This document shows, one piece after another, positions 1 through 13,467 of a DNA stretch of 64,000 nucleotides. Within the stretch, counting starts at the first letter, position 1, and each line of letters opens with the position of its first letter. Below the pieces are notes generated by a model that saw only the letters and a program-made list of their open reading frames with translations, searched no databases and was not told the origin of the DNA. The translations under genes were made by a program, and so were the position numbers. Source of the DNA: Takakia lepidozioides (Eukaryota; Plantae; Bryophyta); assembly GCA_030704615.1 (NCBI GenBank), contig CM060734.1, positions 57,846,001 through 57,910,000 of the forward strand, read 5' to 3'.

Positions 1-130
1 TGAAAGCCCCAACAAATTGTTTATATCAAGGTAAGTCACACTACTGGAGTAAGCCCCTCCCAAAGGTAGTGTCTATTCCCTATGTTTCCATCCTACGGCA
101 AGCAAAGTCTTATGAGCACATTCTCATTCG

Positions 131-154
131 CTCTCTCTCTCTCACACACACATT
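131..154. repeat. (CT)n(CA)n microsatellite, probably intronic
   Basis: ctctctctctctcacacacacaca. Confidence 0.9.
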
Positions 155-311
155 CATGTGGCTTAAGACTCTGGAAAGTAAACTCTAATTTAGTCTAAGT
201 GTGTGTGCTCATATGGCCACAAGCCACTGGAAGAAAACTATAAACTACATAAGAGTAGGCGTTAATTTCCATAGAGCGAGAAACTTAAAAGAGGACAAAT
301 TGAGGAGGTAC

Positions 312-1386
312 CCAAGGCCTCATATTCCTCCTCCACCATGGAACGGGTCAAGCTGGCCTCGATAACTTGCACAGAAGTGGGAGGACAGAAGAGCCAACAA
401 AGTAGCAGCCACTCAAAGATAAGAAAGGGAACTGCGAGCGGCACGGCGAACAACATCCATTGCAAGTAGGAGACTGGGGGCGCTTCAGGAAATCTTTGAC
501 TGTAAATGCCCGGGAGCACCAGATTGGGTCCACAGCCTGTGAGTGTGCCTAAACCCCCAATTGCTGTCGCGTATGTGATACCAAGGATTACAGCTCGACA
601 AAAATCCTTCTTAACCTTCGCAGGATCAACCTCCTTCCCGGCCTTCTGCTGCTTGGCCAGAGCCTCAGGGTCAATTATGTCGTCACCGTCAGCATCTTCT
701 ATCACACTATATGAGTGGACGGCACGCACATGTTTCGTCCTGGAAAATTTTCTGGAAAAGGTTCGGGAACATTGATTGCATAAAATGGGAGCAATGTCGT
801 CGGCCTCGAAGTGCTTCAAGAATCCAGTAGCCATGGGGATCATCATCACAGCAGCAGCAGTGTTGGACATCCACATGCTCACAAACCCCGGGCCCACGCA
901 GAAGCCCAGTAACAATAGACGCGGGTCCATCTTCTCGCCGCCAACAAACAACAAAATCCTCAAAGCAATGCGCTTGTGGAAATTGAACCTCTCGATAGCC
1001 AGCGCAAGCATGAAACTGCCCAACATCAGCATGACAGTGTCGTTCACATACTTACTTGCTACTTCATCTGCTTCCATGATCATTAAGAAGGGAAACAAAA
1101 CCACTGGCAACAGAGCTGTGATGCATATGGGCACCGGCTCGAATATCCACCAGATGCCCAGCCACACAACTGCCCCCAACATTCTTGAGGCTAACGGCCC
1201 CTCTGCAATAGTGACAAAGCAGATGACCAACACCATCGCCAAGGGGCCTGCCAGCACGACCACCAAATCCTTCTCCTTCACTCCAACCCATCTCCACACA
1301 CTTGACAACACTGAGCGCCAATAGTCCCTGTTTCGATTTGAAGTCAGATGCGAAGGAGATGTTAGGAAAGGGGTGGAATCAGCCAT
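312..1386 (-). CDS. TDT: Tonoplast dicarboxylate transporter (SLC13/DASS family), first coding exon; gene continues leftwards, probably beyond the window
   Basis: ORF 262..1398 has SLC13 motifs (WWIFEPVPICITALLP, LALAIERFNFHKRIAL, SMWMSNTAAAVMM, IGGLGTLTGCGPN). ATG at 1386. Probable GT donor at 311-310 after EEEYEALG. Confidence 0.88.
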
Positions 1387-4300
1387 TGCTTTGTGCAACC
1401 TAGTGCCCTCTCTCCATCCAATTTGCTACAAGGCGCTGTTCTACAGCTCAGTTCTACAACTCATGATCCGCCTGCCCCTGTAGTCGCCGCTACCTGTTGT
1501 CACGGTCTTAAACAAAGATTATCTTTAGAAAGCAGTCTCAATTTCTTTTCTTTCTTAAGCCTCGCGTCTCTCTCGAAGGCGCGGGCCTTCCTCGTCTACC
1601 TTGTCTTTTCCGTGCCCAGGACACCGACTCTTACGGCCCCTTCTGTATGCCTTATGGCTTTTGCAAGGTTAGCTTTCCTTGTCCTTGTTAAGTCGATGAT
1701 CAGGGCAGGTTCTATTCTATCGTCACGCGTAAAAGTACTTCACAGTCAGAGGTTTCCGGTTTGGGCCCGCCACCTTTCCAGGGAGATATTACAGTGTGCA
1801 AGTCTGGCAGACAAGTTGACACCTGACGAGATGTAGCTTTCACAACACTTCTAAGCATGGTGCTATCCAAAACAGTTGATGTAGGTAACAACTAGGTACT
1901 CTTAACAACATCTCTTCAGACTCTTGAAGACTACGAGTGCAGTTTTACAATTGAAATTTGCCAGAGATCTCATGTCTCTAGTTTCTACCAGCATGGCAAA
2001 CCCATCCATGTTGCAGATCCTTTCAAAGCAGCAACAAGTTTCGTCAGCTTGGAATTGTAAATTCATTCTACTCCGAGAACTGAAACTACAAGATTCCTTA
2101 GCCGAGATTGTGCCCTTATTGGTGAGTAACTTCAACTTATCGAACTTAATTTATCAAATGTGAAACTTGAAGAGAGGAATGGAGCAGAAGTCAGCCGGGA
2201 TGTTGGGGGACCATTGTATTGTTCTGTACCATTACTTAGACAAAATTTAACCTCCAGCACTTCAGAATGCAGAATGGTCCATATGTACTCCATACACATC
2301 TCCGGTTGGGCCAAGACAGAGGTGTCTTCACAGAAGTAGACATACGATGAATCCCCCAGAACTGTGGAGGTTTCAACTGAGGTGGGCCACACTCTCATAC
2401 TCTACAAGACTACAATGGACCCTCAGAGGAACCACCTGTCGGATAGTAACAGCACATGGGCTGCTGCTTGTGGGCCCTTGGGCCCAAGGAGGAACCTTTG
2501 CATGATAAAAATACACAGACATCCCTACACATTCTGCAAAAAGCTCATAACTTTTAAGCAGCAGGCAAACATCACTGTTCGTTCCTGCAAGCCTCAATTT
2601 TGCCCATCGCTGGATTGGGAAGTGTGCATTGAACAGAAGGCTCACTGGGCATTAAACAAACTTGAATTCTGATAAGAGGATGTATTTGGATCATTGCTGT
2701 GCGCTGGCAGGTCCACAACCTTTTCCCCAACACTCCACTGACACAGAGCAGACTCACGGAACCATCTTTTCAACGATCTTTTCAACGATATCCCAACATC
2801 TGAGGACCTCTTGTGAAGCACTGAGGGTGACAGGGATTGTGGGGGCCAGTTCCATCTGTAGCATCCGAGGTACAATAGAAATGTCAGGCTAATGATATGG
2901 CCTGCCCCAGATAGCTTCTGCTATAATATCACACATCAGCCATGAGTTGGACGAGGGAAAATGAAATTTTTCCACATGTCAAAGGGAATTTAAATTGAGG
3001 TGCTTAAGGAAATTTATGGGTTGCCCAAAATATGACTTAGTGTTCCATATAAAGTTGAAGAGAAAAAACAGGCGGGGGGCGACGAGAAATCGCTTGTAGT
3101 CGCACTAATTGGTCATTTCCATGACATCCTTTCTTTGAACCCAGTTTTTAGTTGCTCTCTGTTAACAAACCAAAAAAACCTAATTCTTTGCCCGCCTTGA
3201 ATTTAGATACGTTGTTTGTGGTGGACCGTTTTGAATTTTCATGCGAAATGTCCGTAGAAAAAAATGTATGTGATAAGAAAAAAAAGGTGACTCTTCCTAA
3301 AGGAAACGTAAATTATAGTGTCTCTTCATCCAAAGGTTACTGCCTCCCATTGGAAAGTGTACATTTGGAACCCTAGATCACCTAAGGTTATTATGCGGCT
3401 TTGTGCTCTATTGCGGTAAGTGGTATGGCGTACTCATTGGCAATGGAAGCTACAAAAGGGCTGATGTGGATGGAATAGCATATGAATATATGACATGTTT
3501 CATAGCATCTACAGCTTCGGCCCAAGGCAGTGCCCCTTCAAATATCCTAGTGTAATAGCACAAACTGAAAAATGTCTAAACTATGTACCCCAACTGATTT
3601 GCCCAGTTTGGGAAGGTCAGGCAACCCCGGACACTGTGGGAAGAGCGAATAGAGTGGGGCCGCGGGAGGCTTGGAGAGAAACGAAGTGGCTCGATGGGAG
3701 GTAGACACATGCACTCTAAGGTGGTTGGAGTGGCCAATGGGATCGCAGGTAGGAGTGTATGCAACGACTTTTTTTTTATCGCTCTCTTTCTTTATCCAAA
3801 GTGACTCTCAGTCTCCGGGAATAACGACGCATTATACTCATAGACAGTTGACATTATTAACATTTCATTGCTTTTGAATAAACCAAAACAAAAACCAAAA
3901 AAAAAAACTTGGTACAAACAGAGTTCTTTTTTCTTCTCGTATTTCCAGTCATCTCTTTGACAGATTTTTCCTTATATTTCTGGGCAACTTCCTTGGGCCC
4001 AGATTGGAAAGAATAGCCACCTTCGCTGGATATATGACTAATGGAATCCTGCTGATGGTTGATATTGTAGGGTTGGTCCTACCCTAGCCCAATATCATTC
4101 ACATATACTCATGTGTATTCCCCACTGCTAATGTAAGATCTGTTGTGCTCACGTGTCTATGTTGTTGTTTCAGATATTGTAATTTTTATTTTCTTTATTT
4201 TTGTGGAAAGTGAACAGAGCCAGCTATGAAATTGAAACAAGGCAAAAATAACCTCAAAGGCCATAAGGAGTAGTATAAGGCAAGGTCACTTCAGGACCCA

Positions 4301-6827
4301 AAGTCACAAAAGAAATAAGAGCCGTAAACTACGGAGGTCAATAAGGTGATGGCGACCAAGAAAGTGATCAAGGTCATAGCAATGCCTTTCATTTTTCAAT
4401 AATTGGGACGTTATGGCGCACGTGCGAGCTGACTGGTGGGCCCCGCGCACGGACGCCCGGCTCCCCCCACCCGACACAACCCCCCCCCCCCGCGCTGCTA
4501 CGCGCGGTCGCCCAGCTACTGCCGCAGCCCCAGCAGCCCCGCCCGCGTTCCGCCGCGCCCCCAGTCTGCCCGTGAGTCCAGTTCCCCGCAGCCTGCCGGC
4601 CAGTCCGTTGTGCCAGTCCCCGCAAGTCCACCCAACAGTCCGATGTGCCCGTCTGCTGCCCCCCAGTCTGTCAGTCCGGGCCGGCCGAAGGATCTGGATC
4701 GTCCATTCTGATAAACCCATCCGCGCCATCCATGTTTAGGGCATGGAAAATCGCAACATCCTGCCACGAACTCGCCCACTCGTTCTTGTTGTCTCGTTCT
4801 TGCGGCTCTTTGTTGTCCCATGTTGCGGAGCCGACTTTGCACACATGCGGTTGTTCTTCTTGTTTAGGGCGATTTTAATGACGATGAAGGGTGTGCCTGA
4901 ACATGAGAGGGCTGGCGGGGCTCTACAGCTACCATCATGCATATGCTTCCACTATTTTCGCCTTCGTTTTGTACTGACGTGGTTATTTTTTAGGACGATA
5001 TGTGGAAAAATTACATGCATTTACGGTTTGTGGTATGTGACCGAGTCCGAGCTCCTTCGTATGGAGCAGGAAACCATTGGTAACACGATAGCGGAAATCG
5101 CGGAAGCATATGCACGTGGGGGTGTATATACATTGCAGAATTTATGCCTACCGATGAGACTGTTCAGGGGAGGACGTCTCTGCCACCACATGTCTGGGAA
5201 CTGCGGAGAGTGTGAACGGAATAGGATCCAGTCCGAAGGTCCTCAAACATCCAGATGCACCTCCTGAATCATCATATGTCAACCACTACCGTCTCCTTGA
5301 AAATTGGACAATGGGAAAGGAGATGTAGCCTGAGAGATGTGGATTCACGTTGCTTGTGGATGTTCGAGGTCCTTACGACTGCAAATGCACGTGGATCAAC
5401 AGGCTCTTCGACTGCGTCTTTCTCAGTATTTTCTCTAAGCAGTGTGTTGTGCCATGAGTATGGGCATATGTAAGTCTGCTGGACGGATGAAATGCAACCA
5501 CGGCATGATGACGTCGCCAAGCGTGGTTCTGATGGGATTCTCGTCTTATCCCCGAAGTCTCTTCTCTCGTCAGTCTGTTGAACCGTCGGTCAACTGGAAG
5601 TCCGTTTAACTACTACCTTTTAATTATCTGCATTGCTGTGAGTCTGCTGAGCCGTCGGACTACTGGTCTGTCCGTCTCTTCTGATATCAGTCAGCTAGAC
5701 TGTCACGAAGTCGGTCTGCTGTGGCGCAAGTCTGTTTGCGCTGGGTCTGTTGAGCCGTCATTATGATCACGTGTAAATCTGTTGGACCTATTAATGCAAC
5801 GACGGCGGGAAAGGGCGCCAGTGATCTCACGCCGCGTCCGAGCTCAGACATAAAGTGCGGTTTATGGTTCAGCCTCTACTCCCGTATCACCCGGCCGCCT
5901 TGTGGATACTTTGTCTTTTGGGATATTAGTCTTTTAGAAATCAGTTTGTTGTCACACAAATTACTCTGCGCCAGTATCTTCGTCAGTCTGTTGAACCTTC
6001 CGTCTGCTGGACTGTCCGTGCAGTGGCATATGAGTCTGTTGTTGCACAAGTTTGTTTGCAATGGGTCTGTTCGGCCGTTATGTCATTAGGTGTAAGTCTG
6101 TTGGACGCAATAAATGCAGCGACGGCGGTAGGGAGGCCCAGTCACGTCGCGCCACGTCAGCCGTCTCCGCACTCACCTTAGTCTCTTCGTCAGTCTGCTT
6201 TACCTCAGTCATCAGTCTGTCCTTGCGGTGGCATATGAGTCTGTTGTCGAGGGTACTGGGTCTGCTCGGCTGTCTTTGTCATCAGGAGTAAGTCTGTTAG
6301 ACTTAATGAATGCGGCGACGGCAGACTGACGATAGTCCCACTCATCCCGTCTCTTCTTCATTCTGTTGAACGTTTCGTCTGCTGGACTGTCCGTGCAGTG
6401 GCATACGAGTCTGTCCGTGTAATGGCATACCGACAGCACGTGTGAGGGGTTTGCAACTATTTAATGCGATGGCGGCCAAAAAGGGGCGCCAGTGAAATCT
6501 CGCTACGACACTCCGTGGCATGCGTCGGCATGCAGGGTTATACATGTTCTCCACATACCGCTAGACTTCTTTCGCACTGTTTCGTTTTAGGCCCGTCCAC
6601 CTCCCATTTGTGCGAGCCCGCTTTCATTTGTGCGTGTTAGCTTTTTGAGGTGTGGACAGTCGCGTGAGCACCGAATCGTCGCAACAACCGTCGCCTCCGC
6701 AACACGCCCGGTGAGCTTTCTTCTTTGTGCTTTGGTTTCTTTCCATTCTCTTTTTTGGTCTTCTCTGCTTTCTTATTCTTAGTCTATCTGTCGCTCATTG
6801 TCGCTGCATCTCTTGTCTGATTCTGCA

Positions 6828-7467
6828 GCCATAGAGGATGTTTGTGAAAAGGGTGGAGCGGACTAGTTGCATTTCGTGCACAAGTCCAGGCTAAAGGAGC
6901 GAAGGTACTGGTACTCACCTGAGGAGTATGATGCAAAAATAGTCGAAGCATTCTTAGACCTCTGTGCAATCAAGCCTGCAGACTCCAACTGGTAGAAGGA
7001 TAAGCTCCACCATCCCTTCTGTAGTGAAATTATCAAGGACAAAGTGCAGCTAAACTGCCATTGTGTTGACACGGGTTGCAAAAACAAGCGCCACATTCCA
7101 CCTGGCTTCAAGCCGTGGCCAGTTCAAAGTTCAATGAGGGTAGTGATTGCGGCCACCGCCAGACTCGTTTAGGCTACAGTGTTGATTCACCGGGTTGGGA
7201 GGAGGTTAGGGCATTTCAGTTCATCAGCCTGAAGTGCCCCAACAGCCATTCAGCTGGGAATATGGGTTGTACGTCATGTCCTTCATCCAAGGATATTATG
7301 AATGGCTACAAACTGGGCATAGTCGAACCTCTTCTAAAAGGGCAGAGAGAGGAGTACCTTTCACGAAAACTTGGTTTACGTTCAAGTTTGCACTTGGCCA
7401 ACGGATGCAGTGTCTTAAGTACATCTTGACTGGTTTGGCCACTGCTGAGAAAGCAGTATCCTCATAG
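6828..7467 (+). pseudogene. Ulp1-like protease gene remnant of MULE family A (N- and C-terminal parts joined by deletion)
   Basis: KLHHPFCSEIIKDKVQLNCHCVD resembles KFKCPYCGEVKVDKSRLNRHIVD near 19.75 kb. VPQQPFSWEYGLYVMSFIQGYYEW resembles VPQQRSCWECGYYALCFVQFYLEW near 14.7 kb, with catalytic Cys changed to Tyr. In-frame stops. Confidence 0.7.
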
Positions 7468-8164
7468 ATATCCGTTTGGGCCCGAGATTAGAGGTGCACC
7501 ATATGATGCATTTGTCATGTAAGCATGCTTTTGAGCATTTGCAATGAAATAAAAGATGACTTTGCATACACATCCCATTGGTCGATTATGAGTGCAGTGT
7601 GGAGTACTCGCTGTAGACTTGTGACCAATTCACTACATGTTGTTAAGTGGACTTACCCCTACACAGTGAGAGCACACACAATCATTTTGTTTAACATACC
7701 AAGGGAGTCCACTGGTCAGCAAACAACCGAGAGTCAGCCGCACTGCCAGAGTACGCGAAGAGGGTATGCCTAGGCTGGTGAGCAGACATTAGGAGAGGGC
7801 AATGTTGCCAGACTGACGAGAGTCCGACAAACTGAGGAGTTGGGACCAGTCCGGCAGGCTGGCAAATGCGATTGGGAACCATGAGTCTGCACTGGTGAGC
7901 AGACTGTCAAGAGTCACCAGAGTGGTAGAGTACAGACGGATGGCATTGGCCAGTAGTCTGCCAAGTCTGGTCAGCAGAGTAAGTGAGGGTCCACCGTACT
8001 CAGAATGACCAGTCTGATGGGCAGACCGCATGAGGCTCACTGGTCAGCCGGGTGCAGGCACGTTCAGAACCAGGAGACTGGTCTGCTCAGGAGATTGTGT
8101 ACTCGCACCCTGCATACTTTTGTTTTCCTGGTGATGGATTACTTTGAGTATTTACAAGCCTATG

Positions 8165-8372
8165 ACCACAATGGTTCGAAGGCTGGCACAACAGACTGTT
8201 CGAAGACTGAGCAGAAGCCTGGTACAACAGACTGGTTCAAACGCCAGAAGACTGGTTGAGCAGACTGGTTCAGACGGTAGAAGACTGGTTGAGCATACTG
8301 GTTCAGATGCCAGAAGACTGGTTCATCAGGCTAGTCCAGACGCCAGAAGACTGGTTCAATAGACTGGTTGGC
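8165..8372 (+). repeat. Tandem array of about 30-bp units built on AGACTGGTT
   Basis: cagaagactggttgagcagactggttcagacg... repeated about 6-7 times. Confidence 0.85.
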
Positions 8373-8562
8373 AAACATGCAAGAAGTCTTGTGCACATGC
8401 AATCGTACCGCCGAAGTTTTATTTCATCGGAAGAATGATACTGTAGCATTTCCTACATTTTTTACTCTACTCTACAACTGGTCTACGGTCTGTAACCCTC
8501 TGGATTGTGGAGTATATGTGTGTTGCAGGTGTTGGGGCACCAACCCTCTTCCCTGTTTTGCG

Positions 8563-8925
8563 TAAGACTCTGGGTCGCATTTTCCATGCCTCAACGAAAT
8601 CCCGTTTCCTTTTCAGCGACATATTGTTATTGTCATTTATAGGATAGACGCTCTTTGCTGCCGCAAGACAACACTTGTTTCTCCAGGTATTTGTCGTCAC
8701 CAACAATGCGAAGTATGTCTGCAAATTCTTCGTCCATGGAGGATGATACGAGGACAGGCTCCGCATCATAGGGGAAGTCATATGTCCCAAGGCCCTCTGT
8801 TGCATTTCCCAAACCCTCTTCGTCGCCGCCACAGCTTGCATGAACCCTAAACACATTATGCAATCCTCCATGAATGGTTCCCAGCGTCGTGTCACAAGCG
8901 CGCACTATGAGTCCATCCTGCAATG
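8563..8925 (-). pseudogene. C-terminal remnant of a SWIM-type MULE transposase (family A), truncated at 8925
   Basis: LQDGLIVRACDTTLGTIHGGL and NNNMSLKRKRDFVE match LKEGLIMKLCGTKLGTIHGGL and GNNMSLARKMDFVD in ORF 12661..13467. Confidence 0.8.
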
Positions 8926-9650
8926 TAACCCTCACTCCATGTAACCCTCTGTGACCCTATGTAACCCATGTAACCCTCTGCAAACCTCTGTAACCCATGT
9001 AACCCTTTGTGACCCTCTGTAACCCTCACCACCATGTAACCCTCTGTAGCACCGCAAAGTATCACCATCACCCCTATGTAACCCTCACTCCATGTAACAC
9101 TCTGTGACCCTCTTTAACCCATGTAACCCTCTGTAACACCGCAGAGTGTCACCCTCACCCCTATGTAACCCTCACTCTATGTAACCCTCTGTGACCCTCT
9201 GTAACCCATGTAACCCTCTGTAACCCTTCTACAGGTGTAACCCTCACCACCATGTAACCCTCTGTAACATTACAGAGTGTCACCCCCACCCCTATGTAAC
9301 CCTCGCTCCGTGTAACCCTCTGTGACCCTCTGTAACACCGCAAAGTGTCACCCTCACCCCTATGTAACCCTCACTCCATGTAACCCTCTATGACCCTCTG
9401 TAACCCTCACCACGTAACCCCCCTACTCCATGTAACCCTCATCCCATGTACCCCTCTCCATATAACTCCAGTTCATTGTGTAACCCTATCATCCCTATAA
9501 CCCTCTGCACGTCAGCCCTTATAACTCCGCCTCGTGTAACCCTCATTGTGTAACTCTCATTGTAACCCCACCATGTAACCCCCGATCATGTCACTCCTAG
9601 CTTGTGTCACCCCGGATCCTTTATCCCATCGCATGTCACCCCTGTTCGTG
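8925..9650. repeat. Left subterminal minisatellite of TGTAACCC/TGTGACCC units
   Basis: Dense gtaaccctctgtgaccctctgtaaccc repeats; reverse complement of the 21.2-22.7 kb array. Confidence 0.95.
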
Positions 9651-9874
9651 TAGCCCCTTGGTGCCCGGCAAAAATTGGCGGGCTCCGAGAGGTGTCAGAT
9701 ATTTTGAATTCAAACCTAGGTTACACAATTTGGTGACATCAAAACCCACGTATAACTCCATCATCGCGCGTCATTTTCACCAGGTGCACAGACGTCGTGC
9801 GGTCCCGAGGGCTCCGCTGCGTTGCCCGTGTGTGTTCTGCAATTTGTACTGTACTGGTGGTACTGTTGCCGCTA

Positions 9875-12800
9875 ATGGCGTGTGCTACCGCGAAGGTGCT
9901 GGACGAGGAACGCAAAGCAGCATTGGAATCAAATGGTTTGAAAGACGAGGCGGGAGAACTGTCATTTGTAGCATTTGGTATGTCATTTGAAATGCATCCT
10001 ACAGCTGCCCATAAACGGGCTTTTCAATCACACAAACCTCCATTGGATACGCCAGGTTTCCCAAGGAAAAGGGAAATAGATATCCATCGAAGTAGTTGTC
10101 GTTCCATGGTCTCGCATTCCTGATTTTCTGGAGGGAGAAAGGAGTAGAGTGGATGGGAAGACCCAATTTTATGTTCAAGATCAAAGGTACCGTGAGTTGC
10201 CAAATCTGACGACACCGCGTGCAAATAGTTATCGTCAGTAGCATAAGTAAGTCACTTACGAGGGTTGTATAACATTCCCAGTCCCACTTCCTTCTGCTGG
10301 CCTAGCAAAGTCGTATATGGCGATAACCCTCCTCGCTTTGTATGATTTCTTTGCAGGTACCACTGCTGCTACGGCCCGGTAGATAGGCGCACGGACCCGC
10401 CAAATGTGAAGAAGAAAGAAAAACCGATAGCAGCCTCCGATAATCAAAAACCAGTCAAGCGAATCAGACCTAAGGCAGCGGATTTCGGAGAGTCATACAA
10501 ACGTGGGTGTACGTGTAGCTTCAAAGTTGGCCAGTGTTTTCTAGATCCAGAGTTGACAATCATCACATACTTCCAGAAACAGCATGTGGATGCAAAAGGG
10601 AAGCCATGTCATGGTTCAGCTGACCCCTCTTCCCATTTCATGCGATTCGTGCATGCCCCTCGTCTCAACCAAGATATGAAACAGTGGATCGTCGATAGTC
10701 TTCGCAATGGCCTATCTCCAGCTATGATTATGACACAACACACTCAACAACTCCAGGAAGCTTGTGCGTCTCAGCCAGGCATGGAGTGGAGTCGCGATTG
10801 TTTCTTCTTCGAGTACGACGTGAGAAACATTGCCGACAAGCTTGCGATTGAGAGTTATAAAAAACATCTAGATGATGCACAAAATGTACGTATGTGGGTC
10901 GATAGCAATCCTGAAAGCGTCTTCTTCTACCATGAAGAGACAGCGCCAGTGGCGGGTGATTTGAAGTTCGTGATTGGAATACAAACGGAGTGGCAAAAAC
11001 AGAAAATGATCGACCTGGGACACAACCGTGTGGTATCCTGCGATGCAACATTTGGGACCAATGGAAAATAAGGTATTCGTGTCACGCTTTACCTTTCATT
11101 GCATTCTGAAATGTGAGTGTCATGCAACTGTTGCCAATATTACAACACTCACCTTATTCATTTTTGTACCATTGTGACATTGAAATTCCCAATGTATACC
11201 ATGATGGTGTTCGACGAATGGCTCAACGGCATACCTGTTGCTTATATTATATCAACGAGAAACAAAACGACTGACCTGAGCCCCTGGATGAAACGTCTTT
11301 GCGACCGACTTCCTCAGAGCAAACCAGATTGGATGCCAAATGCTTTTGTTGTCGACGATGCAGACGCATAAATCAATGCTATCAGGTACACGGCTAGAAG
11401 TTACAATGTTCTGAGTCAGACAGTAATTTAAGAAACCCCTCATGCATGCACTTTACACTACAAGTTGCATGCATGAGGGGTTTCATGGATCGGGCTACAC
11501 TGCTGCTAGTTACACTGAGAATCACAGTAAGAGTTACACTGCCAGTTACACGAGGGGTGCATTGCTGCTTGTAATACTTGGAGTTACACTATCAGTTACT
11601 CGAGGGGTTACATGGATTGGGTTGCAGTGCTGTCTGTTACACTGAGGGTTACACTATCAGTTAGACAGATGCTTACACTGCCTTGAGTTGGACGGAGGGT
11701 TACACTGCTGTGAGTTAGACCGAGGGTTACACTACCATGAGGTAGACATAGGGTTACACTGCGAGTTACACTGCGTGTCATGTGCAGTCTTGCATGGATT
11801 AGGTTACATTGCTATAGCCTGTGAGTTACACTGGGAGCATTGCAGAGGGTTATATGGGTTGGGTTGCTCTCAGAGTTACACGGTGTAACATGGATTGCGT
11901 TACAGCGCTGCGAGGGGTTATATGCATTGGGTTACACTGCTGTGAGTTTCACTGATAGTTACATGGCCAGATGCACGAGGGGTTACATGAGTCACACTAC
12001 TAAGAGTGACACTGCGAAGAGTTACACTGCTAAGAGTTCATCTGATAAGAGTTACATTGCCAAGAGTTACACTGCGAGGAGTAACACTTCGAAGAGTTAC
12101 ACAGCGAAGAGTTACACTGATAAGAGTTACACTGATGGATTGGGTGGCATTTGATGTGTGTGCATGCAGGGAATCGTTTGGGGACGTAACGATATTTCTA
12201 TGACTTTGGCATGTTCGCCGCGCTTGTCTGAAACATTCGTGGCGTAAGATGCCCGATCCATACACTCACAATGATGTTTTGAAATAGCTCGGCGACGTAA
12301 TGTATGGCATTAACGCCTGTGTGGGAGTCACCCCAGAAGAGTGGGCGTTGGAGCGACTGGAAGATTTGCATTATTCCTATCCGCTTGCGCGTGACTTCCT
12401 ACATTACATCAGAATGGAATGGGTCCCAAAACTGAGCATGTGGATCACGGGGGCTCGTAATATTCCCCATGCAAGGATGAGTTTAGGAGGAAACATGCTT
12501 ACACCATTATCAATGTCTCTCTTCTGGAGGGCTTCTGGACATTACATCTCATATCTCAAAGACCCTAAGGAAGTCTAGGATGCCTTGGCCAAGATGTATG
12601 ATGACAGATCTTCTGCTATGAAGATTTTATAATGCCGCAATTGAATCTTGGCACGAAAATTTGAAGGCTCGTTTACACTCGGAAAATCAAAGGCTTGATG
12701 GCAGGAGAATTGATTGGTTGATCATTGAACTCATGGGTCCTATTCTAACCCACTATTGGTATAGAGATAACTTGAAATTGAAAGGCTTCAAAAGGAATGT

Positions 12801-13467
12801 ACGACAGGAGGAATTTATCAGCAATGTTGTTTGGACTGCGAGGGAGATCCCTGACATCAATGTTCATTTGCCCACTGTTCCTGGTCATCCGGCGATTGTG
12901 GATAGTGTTCAAACGACCGGTCGAAGCTACACAATCTATGCGCTTGCAACCACCTGGGCTTGTTGCGATTGTCCATGGGCTTTGAAGGGTAACTTGTGCA
13001 AACATCAAATCCGCGTTCTTCAATTGATGAAGCCAAATCTGAAGGAAGGGCTTATTATGAAGCTTTGTGGCACAAAGCTCGGGACCATTCATGGAGGTCT
13101 TGACATGTTGATGAAATCAGAACTTCCAGATATTGATGCAGAGGAGGAAGTTGTGAATCTAGCAGAGCCTGCGGAGTGCTCAACATCATCCCAGTGTGGT
13201 CGGCAGGAGCCGTCGGATGTTTCATCAATTGAATCTGAGATGAAGTCCCTGTCGCTTCTTGGCAATGATAGTGAAACAATGCGCAAACATCTGCTTGCCG
13301 AGCTTCGTTGTGTTCGTGGGAGGCTATCCACTTTACAAGTCAGAATTGACAAAGGTCTGTTGCACCCTCTTCAGGCAGTTCCATTCATAAAAAATGATGA
13401 TGGAAACAACATGTCCCTTGCCAGGAAAATGGATTTTGTAGACCGGTTCCAAGTAAGTGACCATTGA
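9875..13467 (+). pseudogene. MULE DDE transposase with SWIM zinc finger, multi-exon, disrupted; At1g60560/At4g13970-like
   Basis: VVPWSRIPDFLEGE, YHCCYGP, RGCTCSF, GIQTEWQ, SCDATFGTN, FPMYTMMVFD, FVVDDADA, LWHVRRA, NAAIESWH and SWIM CDCPWALKGNLCKH. Stops near 11069, 11369, 12201 and 12284. Start approximate. Confidence 0.85.
12475..12630 (+). mobile_element. About 155-bp Ty1/Copia gag-like fragment inserted in the MULE transposase
   Basis: Separates IPHA from NAAIESWH. Translates as HAYTIINVSL...YISYLKDPKEV*DALAKMYDDRSSAMKIL, which resembles Copia gag (UBN2 region). Confidence 0.6.

Larger units (their letters stand above)
4398..8925. mobile_element. Internally deleted Mutator-like element (family A), related to and inverted relative to the element at 8925-22947
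   Basis: Convergent Ulp1 remnant (+) and transposase C-terminus (-). Non-coding parts are rich in CAGTC/AGTCTG/AGACTGG. Left end (aataattgggacgttatggcgcacgtgc) weakly resembles the family B terminus. Confidence 0.65.

Noticed and set aside
4304-5560. GC-rich overlapping ORFs as genes
   Set aside because: Low-complexity subterminal DNA with no recognisable domain; a third gene of family A at 4900-5560 is possible but unsupported.
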